From: a virus | Lineage: Duplodnaviria > Heunggongvirae > Uroviricota > Caudoviricetes | Virus record (IMG/VR): IMGVR_UViG_2724679238_000013 | Reading direction: 5' to 3' (one strand) | DNA: 5,039 nucleotides | In this document: positions 1 through 5,039 of the stretch, piece after piece | Layout of the letters: every line of letters starts with the position of its first letter | Position numbering within the stretch: the first letter of the stretch is position 1 | The notes under the pieces: model-generated | Told to the model about the DNA's origin: nothing | Seen by the model: the letters and a program-made list of their open reading frames with translations, nothing else | The model's database searches: none | Program-made: the position numbers and the translations under genes

Positions 1-516
1 CAGTTTGATGGCATGGACTTTGAGCAGGACAATGAATCCTGTACATGCCGGATTTACCGCAAAGACCGTAATCATCCGATCTGCGTTACCGAATGGATGG
101 ATGAATGCCGCCGCGAACCATTCAAAACCCGCGAAGGCAGAGAAATCACCGGACCGTGGCAGTCGCATCCCAAACGGATGTTACGGCATAAAGCCATGAT
201 TCAGTGTGCCCGTCTGGCCTTCGGATTTGCTGGTATCTATGACAAGGATGAAGCCGAGCGCATTGTCGAAAATACCGCATACACTGCAGAACGTCAGCCG
301 GAACGCGACATCACTCCGGTTAACGATGAAACCATGCAGGAGATTAACACTCTGCTGATTGCCCTGGACAAAACATGGGATGACGACTTATTGCCGCTCT
401 GTTCCCAGATATTTCGCCGCGACATTCGCGCATCGTCAGAACTGACACAGGCCGAAGCAGTGAAAGCTCTTGGATTCCTGAAACAGAAAGCCTCTGAACA
501 GAAGGTGGCTGCATGA
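1..516 (+). CDS. bet: Bet (Red-beta) single-strand annealing recombinase, C-terminal ~171 codons; the 5' end lies upstream of the window
   Basis: The frame is open from base 1 to TGA at 514-516. The translation (...[108 protein letters not shown]) matches the lambda Bet C-terminus as I recall it. Its stop overlaps the exo start (ATGA at 513-516), as in lambda. The ATG at 13 in the ORF track is internal, not the true start. Confidence 0.9.
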   Translation, partial: QFDGMDFEQDNESCTCRIYRKDRNHPICVTEWMDECRREPFKTREGREITGPWQSHPKRMLRHKAMIQCARLAFGFAGIYDKDEAERIVENTAYTAERQPERDITPVNDETMQEINTLLIALDKTWDDDLLPLCSQIFRRDIRASSELTQAEAVKALGFLKQKASEQKVAA

Positions 517-1193
517 CACCGGGCATTATCCTGCAGCGTACCGGGATCGACGTGAGAGCTGTCGAACAGGGGGATGATGCGTGGCACAAATTACGGCTCG
601 GCGTCATTACAGCTTCAGAAGTTCACAACGTGATAGCAAAACCCCGATCCGGAAAGAAATGGCCTGACATGAAAATGTCCTACTTCCACACCCTGCTTGC
701 TGAGGTTTGCACCGGTGTGGCTCCGGAAGTTAATGCTAAGGCGCTGGCCTGGGGAAAACAGTACGAGAACGACGCCAGAACCCTGTTTGAATTCACTTCC
801 GGCGTGAATGTTACTGAATCCCCGATCATCTATCGCGACGAAAGTATGCGCACCGCCTGCTCTCCCGATGGTTTATGCAGTGACGGCAATGGCCTTGAGC
901 TGAAATGCCCGTTTACCTCCCGGGATTTCATGAAGTTCCGGCTCGGTGGTTTCGAGGCCATAAAGTCGGCTTACATGGCCCAGGTGCAGTACAGCATGTG
1001 GGTGACGCGAAAAGATGCCTGGTACTTTGCCAACTATGACCCGCGAATGAAGCGTGAAGGCCTGCATTATGTCGTGGTTGAGCGGGATGAAAAGTACATA
1101 GCGAGTTTTGACGAGATGGTGCCGGAGTTCATCGAAAAAATGGACGAGGCACTGGCTGAAATTGGTTTTGTATTTGGGGAGCAATGGCGATGA
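513..1193 (+). CDS. exo: Lambda exonuclease (Red-alpha, 5'-3' dsDNA exonuclease), 226 aa
   Basis: The 226-aa translation ([37 protein letters not shown]...[11 protein letters not shown]) is recognised as near-identical to lambda Exo, and the length equals lambda Exo. The start is coupled to the bet stop by an ATGA overlap. Confidence 0.95.
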   Translation: MTPGIILQRTGIDVRAVEQGDDAWHKLRLGVITASEVHNVIAKPRSGKKWPDMKMSYFHTLLAEVCTGVAPEVNAKALAWGKQYENDARTLFEFTSGVNVTESPIIYRDESMRTACSPDGLCSDGNGLELKCPFTSRDFMKFRLGGFEAIKSAYMAQVQYSMWVTRKDAWYFANYDPRMKREGLHYVVVERDEKYIASFDEMVPEFIEKMDEALAEIGFVFGEQWR

Positions 1194-1372
1194 AGCATCC
1201 TCACGATAATATCCGGGTAGGCGCGATAACTTTCGTCTACTCCGTTACAAAGCGAGGCTGGGTATTTCCCGGCCTTTCTGTTATCCGAAATCCACTGAAA
1301 GCATAGCGGCTGGCTGAAGAGATAAATAATAAACGAGGGACTGTATGCACAAAGCATCTCCTGTTGAATTAA
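1190..1372 (+). pseudogene. orf60a-like small ORF coupled to the exo stop, interrupted by an in-frame amber codon (TAG at 1304-1306); 38 codons before the stop and 21 after
   Basis: ATG at 1190 overlaps the exo stop (ATGA), the arrangement I recall for lambda orf60a. The frame reads [38 protein letters not shown], then TAG, then RLAEEINNKRGTVCTKHLLLN before TAA at 1370-1372. Total span is 60 codons and the 3' end overlaps the next ORF by 28 nt, matching the lambda orf60a/orf63 geometry as I remember it. Not in the ORF track because each piece is short. Confidence 0.4.
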
Positions 1373-1536
1373 GAACGAGTATCGGGATGGCACATAGCCT
1401 CGCTCAAATTGGAGTCAGGTTTGTGCCAATACCAGTAGAAACAGACGAAGAATTTCATACGTTAGCCACATCCCTTTCACAAAAGCTGGAAATGATGGCG
1501 GCGAAAGCAGAAGCAAACGAGAGAGACCCGGCATGA
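1345..1536 (+). CDS. Hypothetical small phage protein, 63 aa (lambda Orf63-like by size and position)
   Basis: ATG-to-stop ORF of 63 aa with GAGGGA four nt upstream of the ATG. Same strand and operon as exo. Length and overlap with the orf60a-like frame fit lambda orf63. Function unknown. Confidence 0.5.
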   Translation: MHKASPVELRTSIGMAHSLAQIGVRFVPIPVETDEEFHTLATSLSQKLEMMAAKAEANERDPA

Positions 1537-1616
1537 CAACAACAGAATGCATTTTTCTGGCAGCAGGCTTCATATTCTGTGTGCTTATGCTTGCCGACAT
1601 GGGACTTGTTCAATGA
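1533..1616 (+). CDS. Candidate 27-aa hydrophobic single-TM micro-protein (MTTTECIFLAAGFIFCVLMLADMGLVQ)
   Basis: The ATG at 1533 overlaps the stop of the upstream ORF (ATGA, 1533-1536) and its own stop overlaps the next ATG (ATGA, 1613-1616). A purine-rich GAGAGAG lies about 8 nt upstream. The peptide has a roughly 20-residue hydrophobic core. Below the size cutoff of the ORF track. The alternative is that this DNA is the N-terminal extension of the 1547 frame. Confidence 0.3.
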   Translation: MTTTECIFLAAGFIFCVLMLADMGLVQ

Positions 1617-1828
1617 CACCTCAGCAGGAAAACGCCCTTCGCAGCATTGCCCGTCAGGCTAATTCTGAAATCAAAAAAGCCAGACAGCAGTTTCCGGATA
1701 AAAACGTCGATGACATTTGCCGTAGCGTACTGAAGAAGCACCGCGAAACGGTAACGCTGATGGGATTCACACCGACTCATTTAAGTCTGGCGATCGGCAT
1801 GTTAAACGGCGTCTTTAAGGAGCGATGA
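1613..1828 (+). CDS. Hypothetical phage protein, 71 aa (MTPQQENALRSIARQANSEIKK...); alternative start at 1547 would give 93 aa
   Basis: Open frame ending at TGA 1826-1828. The ATG at 1613 is coupled by ATGA to the preceding small ORF. The 1547 ATG has no Shine-Dalgarno sequence and would add a Cys/His/Arg-rich extension that looks non-coding. Confidence 0.5.
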   Translation: MTPQQENALRSIARQANSEIKKARQQFPDKNVDDICRSVLKKHRETVTLMGFTPTHLSLAIGMLNGVFKER

Positions 1829-1830
1829 AC

Positions 1831-1920
1831 ATGAAAAGCAAAATCATCAGGGAGCTACAGGCTCCTTTTTTATTGTTCGCATTCACCCTCAAGCGTATTA
1901 ACCAACAATTCAGGGATTAA
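1831..1920 (+). CDS. Candidate 29-aa ORF (MKSKIIRELQAPFLLFAFTLKRINQQFRD); uncertain because it contains a terminator-like hairpin
   Basis: AAGGAG at 1817-1822 sits 8 nt upstream of the ATG at 1831, an ideal spacing. The ORF ends at TAA 1918-1920, just before the next gene. It overlaps the hairpin plus T-run at 1851-1871, so either the ORF or the terminator (or both, under antitermination) may be real. Confidence 0.25.
   Translation: MKSKIIRELQAPFLLFAFTLKRINQQFRD
1851..1871 (+). terminator. Intrinsic terminator-like hairpin: GGAGC-tacag-GCTCC followed by TTTTTT
   Basis: A 5-bp GC-rich stem (1851-1855 pairing with 1861-1865) with a 5-nt loop, immediately followed by a T6 run (1866-1871) on the + strand. 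It lies just after the stop of the 1613-1828 gene. No T-run follows the hairpin on the - strand. The stem is short, so efficiency is uncertain; the position is consistent with a tL-type terminator read through under N antitermination. Confidence 0.4.
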
Positions 1921-1926
1921 TGGAAG

Positions 1927-2148
1927 ATGGCAGACATCATTGATTCAGCATCAGAAATTGAAGAATTACAGCGCAACACAGCAATAAAAATGCACCGCCT
2001 GAACCACCAGGCTATATCTGCCACTCATTGTTGTGAGTGTGGCGATCCGATAGATGAACTAAGACGTCTGGCCGTTCAGGGTTGTCGGACTTGTGCAAGT
2101 TGCCAGGAGGATCTGGAGCTTATCAGTAAACAGAGAGGTTCGAAGTGA
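1927..2148 (+). CDS. TraR/DksA-family C4 zinc-finger protein, 73 aa (lambda Orf73-like)
   Basis: The translation contains CxxC-(17 residues)-CxxC (CECGDPIDELRRLAVQGCRTCASCQ), and its length and motif spacing match F-plasmid TraR and phage Orf73-type proteins as I recall them. Same strand and operon context. Confidence 0.75.
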   Translation: MADIIDSASEIEELQRNTAIKMHRLNHQAISATHCCECGDPIDELRRLAVQGCRTCASCQEDLELISKQRGSK

Positions 2149-2750
2149 GCGAAATTAACTCTCAGGCACTGCGTGAAGCGGCAGAGCAGGCAATGCATGA
2201 CGACTGGGGATTTGATGCGGACCTTTTCCATGAGCTGGTAACACCATCGATTGTGCTGGCACTGCTGGATGAACGGGAAAGAAACCAGCAATACATCAAA
2301 CGCCGCGACCAGGAGAACGAGGAAATTGCGCTAACGGTAGGGAAGCTGCGTGTTGAGCTTGAGGAAGCAAAATCAAAACTCAACGAGCAGCGTGAGTATT
2401 ACGAAGGTGTTATCTCGGATGGGAGTAAACGTATTGCTGAACTGGAGAAAAGCGAAGAGCAACTCATTAACGAGCGTGACCATGCTGAGTCTGCTTTAGC
2501 TGATATGTACTTCGCAACAACCGGGGATAGGCCTGAGTGGAGTAACTGTTTCAGTTTTTCAGATGCTGTCGATGCCGTAGTTGACAGAATTGCTGATTTA
2601 GAAGCCAAACAGCCATCGCCAGTAGTACCGGAAGAAAAACCAATGCCTAACCCTCTTAGCATGTACACAGTTGATGCTGTTGCAGCTATTGCAGAGGTGA
2701 GAGGCTGGAACGCCTGCCGTGCAGCCATGCTTAAGGGAGATAAATCATGA
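2145..2750 (+). CDS. Ea22-like protein, 201 aa, coiled-coil-rich N-terminal half; start is GTG
   Basis: GTG at 2145 overlaps the upstream stop (GTGA) and has GAGAGG 6 nt upstream. The position just after the TraR-like gene corresponds to lambda ea22 by synteny. The central region is charged and heptad-like (ENEEIALTVGKLRVELEEAKSKLNEQREYYEG). The call rests on synteny and remembered lambda coordinates only. Confidence 0.5.
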   Translation: MSEINSQALREAAEQAMHDDWGFDADLFHELVTPSIVLALLDERERNQQYIKRRDQENEEIALTVGKLRVELEEAKSKLNEQREYYEGVISDGSKRIAELEKSEEQLINERDHAESALADMYFATTGDRPEWSNCFSFSDAVDAVVDRIADLEAKQPSPVVPEEKPMPNPLSMYTVDAVAAIAEVRGWNACRAAMLKGDKS

Positions 2751-3097
2751 TTAATCGAACCAAACTGGAGCACATCCTCGAGTATGCCAGGCAGCAGAGG
2801 CGCTTTGGCCAGCTTTGTAAAATTCTGCCAGGAGATATGGTTGAAATCGTGGAGATTGCCATGCGTAAGACTGGCAACTCTCCGGTAAGTCCGGGTGGTT
2901 GGATAAGCTGTAGTGAGCGAATGCCCGCTCAAGATGATTGGATTTTAATTTATTCAAAGCACGGTGAGTATATGGCAGGACAGGTACAAGAGGAATACGT
3001 GGAGTTGAGCGACGGCACTTTATCGTGGTTAGGGAACGCCTTGTACTGGATGCTGCTACCAGAACCGCCGCAGGGAGTGAATGATGAATTGGCCTGA
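2747..3097 (+). CDS. Hypothetical phage protein, 116 aa, with a DUF551-like motif (GGWISCSERMPAQDDWILIY)
   Basis: ATG at 2747 overlaps the upstream stop (ATGA), with AGGGAG 7 nt upstream. The W-I-S-x-x-E-R-M-P motif followed by a hydrophobic strand resembles DUF551 prophage proteins, from memory. Confidence 0.5.
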   Translation: MINRTKLEHILEYARQQRRFGQLCKILPGDMVEIVEIAMRKTGNSPVSPGGWISCSERMPAQDDWILIYSKHGEYMAGQVQEEYVELSDGTLSWLGNALYWMLLPEPPQGVNDELA

Positions 3098-3167
3098 AGC
3101 ATTCACCGCTGTAGGAGTTGCAATCGCGGTGGCATTTATTCTGTATTCGCTTTTCCGCTGGGGATAA
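3084..3167 (+). CDS. Candidate 27-aa single-TM micro-protein (MNWPEAFTAVGVAIAVAFILYSLFRWG)
   Basis: ATG at 3084 with AGGGAG (3072-3077) 6 nt upstream. It overlaps the last 14 nt of the upstream gene and ends 4 nt before the next gene's ATG. The peptide has a short polar N-terminus, a roughly 19-residue hydrophobic helix and an aromatic/basic C-terminus (FRWG). Below the ORF-track cutoff. Confidence 0.3.
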   Translation: MNWPEAFTAVGVAIAVAFILYSLFRWG

Positions 3168-3171
3168 AGGA

Positions 3172-3414
3172 ATGTTCGCTCTGATTCAACGTGGTCAGAT
3201 ATACACCGATAGCGCCGGCTACCCGATAAAAATTCTTCGCTGCATAAACAACACTGTGTTGTACAGAAGAATGGATGGGCGAACACAGTCGGTAAAAATA
3301 AACGATTTTAATGAACTGTTTGAACGGATCGATCACCAGGAATACCGACAAATTCTGGCTGAAACAGAGCAGGAGAACCATCTGAAAAAATTACGCGCCA
3401 TGCAAAGGAGATAA
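3172..3414 (+). CDS. Hypothetical phage protein, 80 aa (MFALIQRGQIYTDSAGYPIKILRC...)
   Basis: Open frame to TAA 3412-3414. The ATG at 3172 is preceded by GGGGATAAAGGA. The longer track ORF from 3118 would need a TTG start with no usable Shine-Dalgarno spacing and would overlap the candidate micro-ORF. Confidence 0.5.
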   Translation: MFALIQRGQIYTDSAGYPIKILRCINNTVLYRRMDGRTQSVKINDFNELFERIDHQEYRQILAETEQENHLKKLRAMQRR

Positions 3415-3532
3415 ACCGGTAAAGGTGTTCGCGATAAAGGTGAATATCGGCAATGAATAACAATCCTCGCACTCGCGGGGATTTCTTTTATCTGAACTCG
3501 CTACGGCGGGTTTTGTTTTATGGAGACAAGAA

Positions 3533-3877
3533 ATGTCAGATTTGGCTATGAAGGTTTTGAAATGGCAATCGACTGGCGATGTTGGCATCAGTAGCGCAAC
3601 TCTTGCCTCAATCGCATGTGGACTGAAAAAGAATATCTATGGTCATCACTTCGGCGCTCCACATGACGCAGCAGACTTCCGGCGATGCGTTGCACTTGTT
3701 GAGCAGATTCCAGAAATCAGAGATTCATTCGACAAGGTTGCAAAGCGCGTTCCGGCATTCAAAGGCATCCTCAACGAATGGGATTCCCTCGTCGCTCTGT
3801 TGAAGTCTGAAATGAAGATACACGGAAACAAAGCACCAGAGACTTACAGAAGAATTAGCGAGCTACGCAAGGACTAA
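3533..3877 (+). CDS. Hypothetical phage accessory protein, 114 aa
   Basis: ATG at 3533 with GGAGA 6 nt upstream. It is preceded by a 118-bp non-coding spacer and followed by a terminator-like hairpin, so it may be a separately regulated moron-like gene. I recognise no motif in it. Confidence 0.6.
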   Translation: MSDLAMKVLKWQSTGDVGISSATLASIACGLKKNIYGHHFGAPHDAADFRRCVALVEQIPEIRDSFDKVAKRVPAFKGILNEWDSLVALLKSEMKIHGNKAPETYRRISELRKD

Positions 3878-3935
3878 CCACAGCCTCACACTCAATGAGG
3901 CCTGTTCATTTCTCAAGATATCCAGACCTACCATT

Positions 3936-3958
3936 GCCGCATCAATGCGGCTTTTCTT
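3936..3958 (+). terminator. Intrinsic terminator-like hairpin (GCCGCA-tcaa-TGCGGC) followed by TTTTCTT
   Basis: A 6-bp stem (3936-3941 pairing with 3946-3951) with a 4-nt loop, then a T-rich tract (3952-3958). It lies between the stop of the 114-aa gene and xis, on the + strand. Confidence 0.4.
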
Positions 3959-3995
3959 GCGTGTAATTGCGGAGACTTTGCGATGTACTTGACAC
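3957..3995 (+). promoter_or_regulatory. pI-like CII-activated int promoter region: TTGC-N6-TTGC direct repeat just upstream of and overlapping the xis start
   Basis: TTGC at 3957-3960 and TTGC at 3967-3970 are separated by 6 nt (TTGCgtgtaaTTGC), the lambda CII recognition pattern. The surrounding sequence matches the lambda pI/xis start region as I recall it. Confidence 0.45.
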
Positions 3996-4207
3996 TTCAG
4001 GAGTGGAACGCACGCCAGCGACGCCCAAGAAGCCTTGAAACAGTTCGTCGATGGGTACGCGAGTGCAGGATATTCCCTCCTCCGGTTAAGGATGGAAGAG
4101 AGTATCTGTTCCACGAATCAGCGGTAAAGGTTGACTTAAATCGACCAGTAACAGGTAGCCTTTTGAAGAGGATCAGAAATGACAATCACTCTTCATGCGT
4201 GGCTTGA
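3983..4207 (+). CDS. xis: Excisionase Xis, 74 aa, with a C-terminal tail that differs from lambda Xis
   Basis: The translation (MYLTLQEWNARQRRPRSLETVRRWVRECRIFPPPVKDGREYLFHESAVKVDLNRPVTG.LLKRIRN...) is recognised as lambda Xis over about 65 residues. GGAGAC lies 6 nt upstream. The 3' end overlaps the int start by 29 nt. The last residues (DNHSSCVA) differ from lambda (GKKAKS). Confidence 0.9.
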   Translation: MYLTLQEWNARQRRPRSLETVRRWVRECRIFPPPVKDGREYLFHESAVKVDLNRPVTGSLLKRIRNDNHSSCVA

Positions 4208-5039
4208 CCGATATGAAACAATCCTCAGCGAGAGGGGTATCAGGCCGAAAACTCTACTCGACTACGCCAGCAAAATCAGGGCAATCCGAAGAAAATTGCC
4301 GGACAAACCGCTCGCAGACATATCAACGAAAGAGGTGGCAGCAATGCTAAACACCTACGTAGCAGAAGGTAAAGCGGCTTCCGCAAAATTAATCAGGTCA
4401 ACCCTTGTTGACGTTTTTCGTGAGGCAATAGCCGAGGGGCATGTGGCTACGAATCCGGTAACAGCAACCCGCACAGCAAAGTCAGAAGTAAGGCGCTCAA
4501 GGCTGACAGCTAATGAGTATGTCGCAATTCACCATGCAGCCGAACCTCTCCCAATCTGGCTGAGGCTTGCGATGGATTTGGCCGTCGTTACAGGTCAGAG
4601 AGTCGGCGATTTGTGCAAAATGAAATGGTCAGACATAAACGACAACCATCTTCACATTGAACAGGGTAAAACAGGGGCTAAGCTCGCCATTCCGCTGACG
4701 CTAACGATTGACGCGCTCAATATTTCATTGGCTGATACACTACAGAAATGCAGGGAGGCCAGCGGCAGTGAAACAATAATTGCATCAACGCATCACGAAC
4801 CGCTTTCCCCGAAAACAGTATCTAAGTATTTTACAAAGGCGAGAAATGCATCTGGACTCTCATTTGATGGAGACCCGCCAACATTCCATGAACTGCGTAG
4901 CCTGTCGGCGAGGCTATACCGGAATCAGATTGGCGATAAGTTTGCTCAACGTCTTCTCGGGCATAAATCAGATTCAATGGCGGCGCGGTATAGGGACAGC
5001 CGAGGGAGAGAATGGGACAAAATTGAAATCAACAAATGA
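4179..5039 (+). CDS. int: Lambda-family tyrosine integrase, 286 aa, lacking the N-terminal arm-binding domain
   Basis: The translation aligns to lambda Int from about residue 73 onward (TLHAWLDRYETIL... against lambda TLHSWLDRYEKIL...). Catalytic-motif contexts are present (TGQRVGDLC, HELRSLSARLY, LLGHKSDSMAARYRD). The ATG at 4179 sits at the lambda int start, with AAGAGGA 6 nt upstream, and an in-frame TGA lies 5 codons upstream (4164-4166), so no N-terminal extension is possible. The stop is at 5037-5039, the last bases of the window. Confidence 0.9.
   Translation: MTITLHAWLDRYETILSERGIRPKTLLDYASKIRAIRRKLPDKPLADISTKEVAAMLNTYVAEGKAASAKLIRSTLVDVFREAIAEGHVATNPVTATRTAKSEVRRSRLTANEYVAIHHAAEPLPIWLRLAMDLAVVTGQRVGDLCKMKWSDINDNHLHIEQGKTGAKLAIPLTLTIDALNISLADTLQKCREASGSETIIASTHHEPLSPKTVSKYFTKARNASGLSFDGDPPTFHELRSLSARLYRNQIGDKFAQRLLGHKSDSMAARYRDSRGREWDKIEINK

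Noticed and set aside
13-516. ATG at 13 as the start of a 167-aa protein
   Set aside because: The frame is open to base 1 and the upstream residues continue the Bet match, so this is an internal Met of a gene truncated by the window edge.
294-607. Minus-strand ORFs of 97 and 87 aa overlapping the bet/exo junction
   Set aside because: They lie antisense to bet and exo, which are supported by strong recognised homology, and their translations are low-complexity and Ser/Arg/Cys-rich. Most likely shadow ORFs.
873-1393. Minus-strand ORFs of 103 and 108 aa antisense to exo and the orf60a/orf63 region
   Set aside because: Antisense to well-supported + strand genes, with no Shine-Dalgarno sequence checked and compositions typical of shadow frames.
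1547-1828. The 93-aa version of the ORF, starting at ATG 1547
   Set aside because: No Shine-Dalgarno sequence upstream, and the added 22 residues (MHFSGSRLHILCAYACRHGTCS) look like out-of-frame sequence. The ATG at 1613, coupled by ATGA, is preferred but not proven.
2399-2932. Minus-strand ORF of 177 aa antisense to the Ea22-like and DUF551-like genes
   Set aside because: Although long, it is Ser/Thr/Ala-rich and low-complexity and overlaps two coupled + strand genes. A long antisense open frame is expected by chance opposite a coding region.
3118-3414. The 98-aa version of the ORF, starting at TTG 3118
   Set aside because: Non-ATG start with AGGAG only 1 nt upstream. The ATG at 3172 preceded by GGGGATAAAGGA is preferred.
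3453-3545. 32-codon ORF in the spacer upstream of the 114-aa gene (MNNNPRTRGDFFYLNSLRRVLFYGDKKCQIWL)
   Set aside because: No Shine-Dalgarno sequence, it overlaps the start of the 3533 gene out of frame, and its composition is unremarkable. Probably non-coding spacer.
3863-4185. Minus-strand ORFs of 83 and 62 aa antisense to xis and the xis-upstream region
   Set aside because: They overlap xis, which matches lambda Xis, and have no independent support.
1-5039. Chi sites, CRISPR repeats, tRNA or rRNA, and IS-element terminal inverted repeats
   Set aside because: No GCTGGTGG or its complement was found on reading the sequence, no regularly spaced repeat array, no cloverleaf-like structured RNA, and no transposase-like ORF.

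Overview
This window is the leftward early (pL-side) recombination and accessory arm of a lambda-like phage or prophage, with every supportable gene on the + strand in the order bet (3' part) - exo - small accessory ORFs - TraR/DksA-like zinc finger - Ea22-like - DUF551-like - two unknown ORFs - xis - int. Bet, Exo, Xis and Int are recognised from memory as near-identical to phage lambda proteins; no search was run. Most gene junctions are ATGA/GTGA start-stop overlaps, so the genes look translationally coupled in one operon. Main observations: (1) the integrase begins at the lambda int start codon but lacks roughly 70 N-terminal codons, i.e. the arm-binding domain, while the catalytic residues are intact, and the Xis C-terminal tail is changed as a result; (2) two unannotated 27-aa single-transmembrane-helix ORFs sit in the gene junctions at 1533-1616 and 3084-3167; (3) an orf60a-like frame coupled to the exo stop is interrupted by an in-frame TAG; (4) a cassette at about 2747-3877 (DUF551-like plus two unknown ORFs) has no lambda counterpart I recognise and is the most likely place for an undescribed accessory function. 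No rRNA, tRNA, CRISPR array or transposase is visible.
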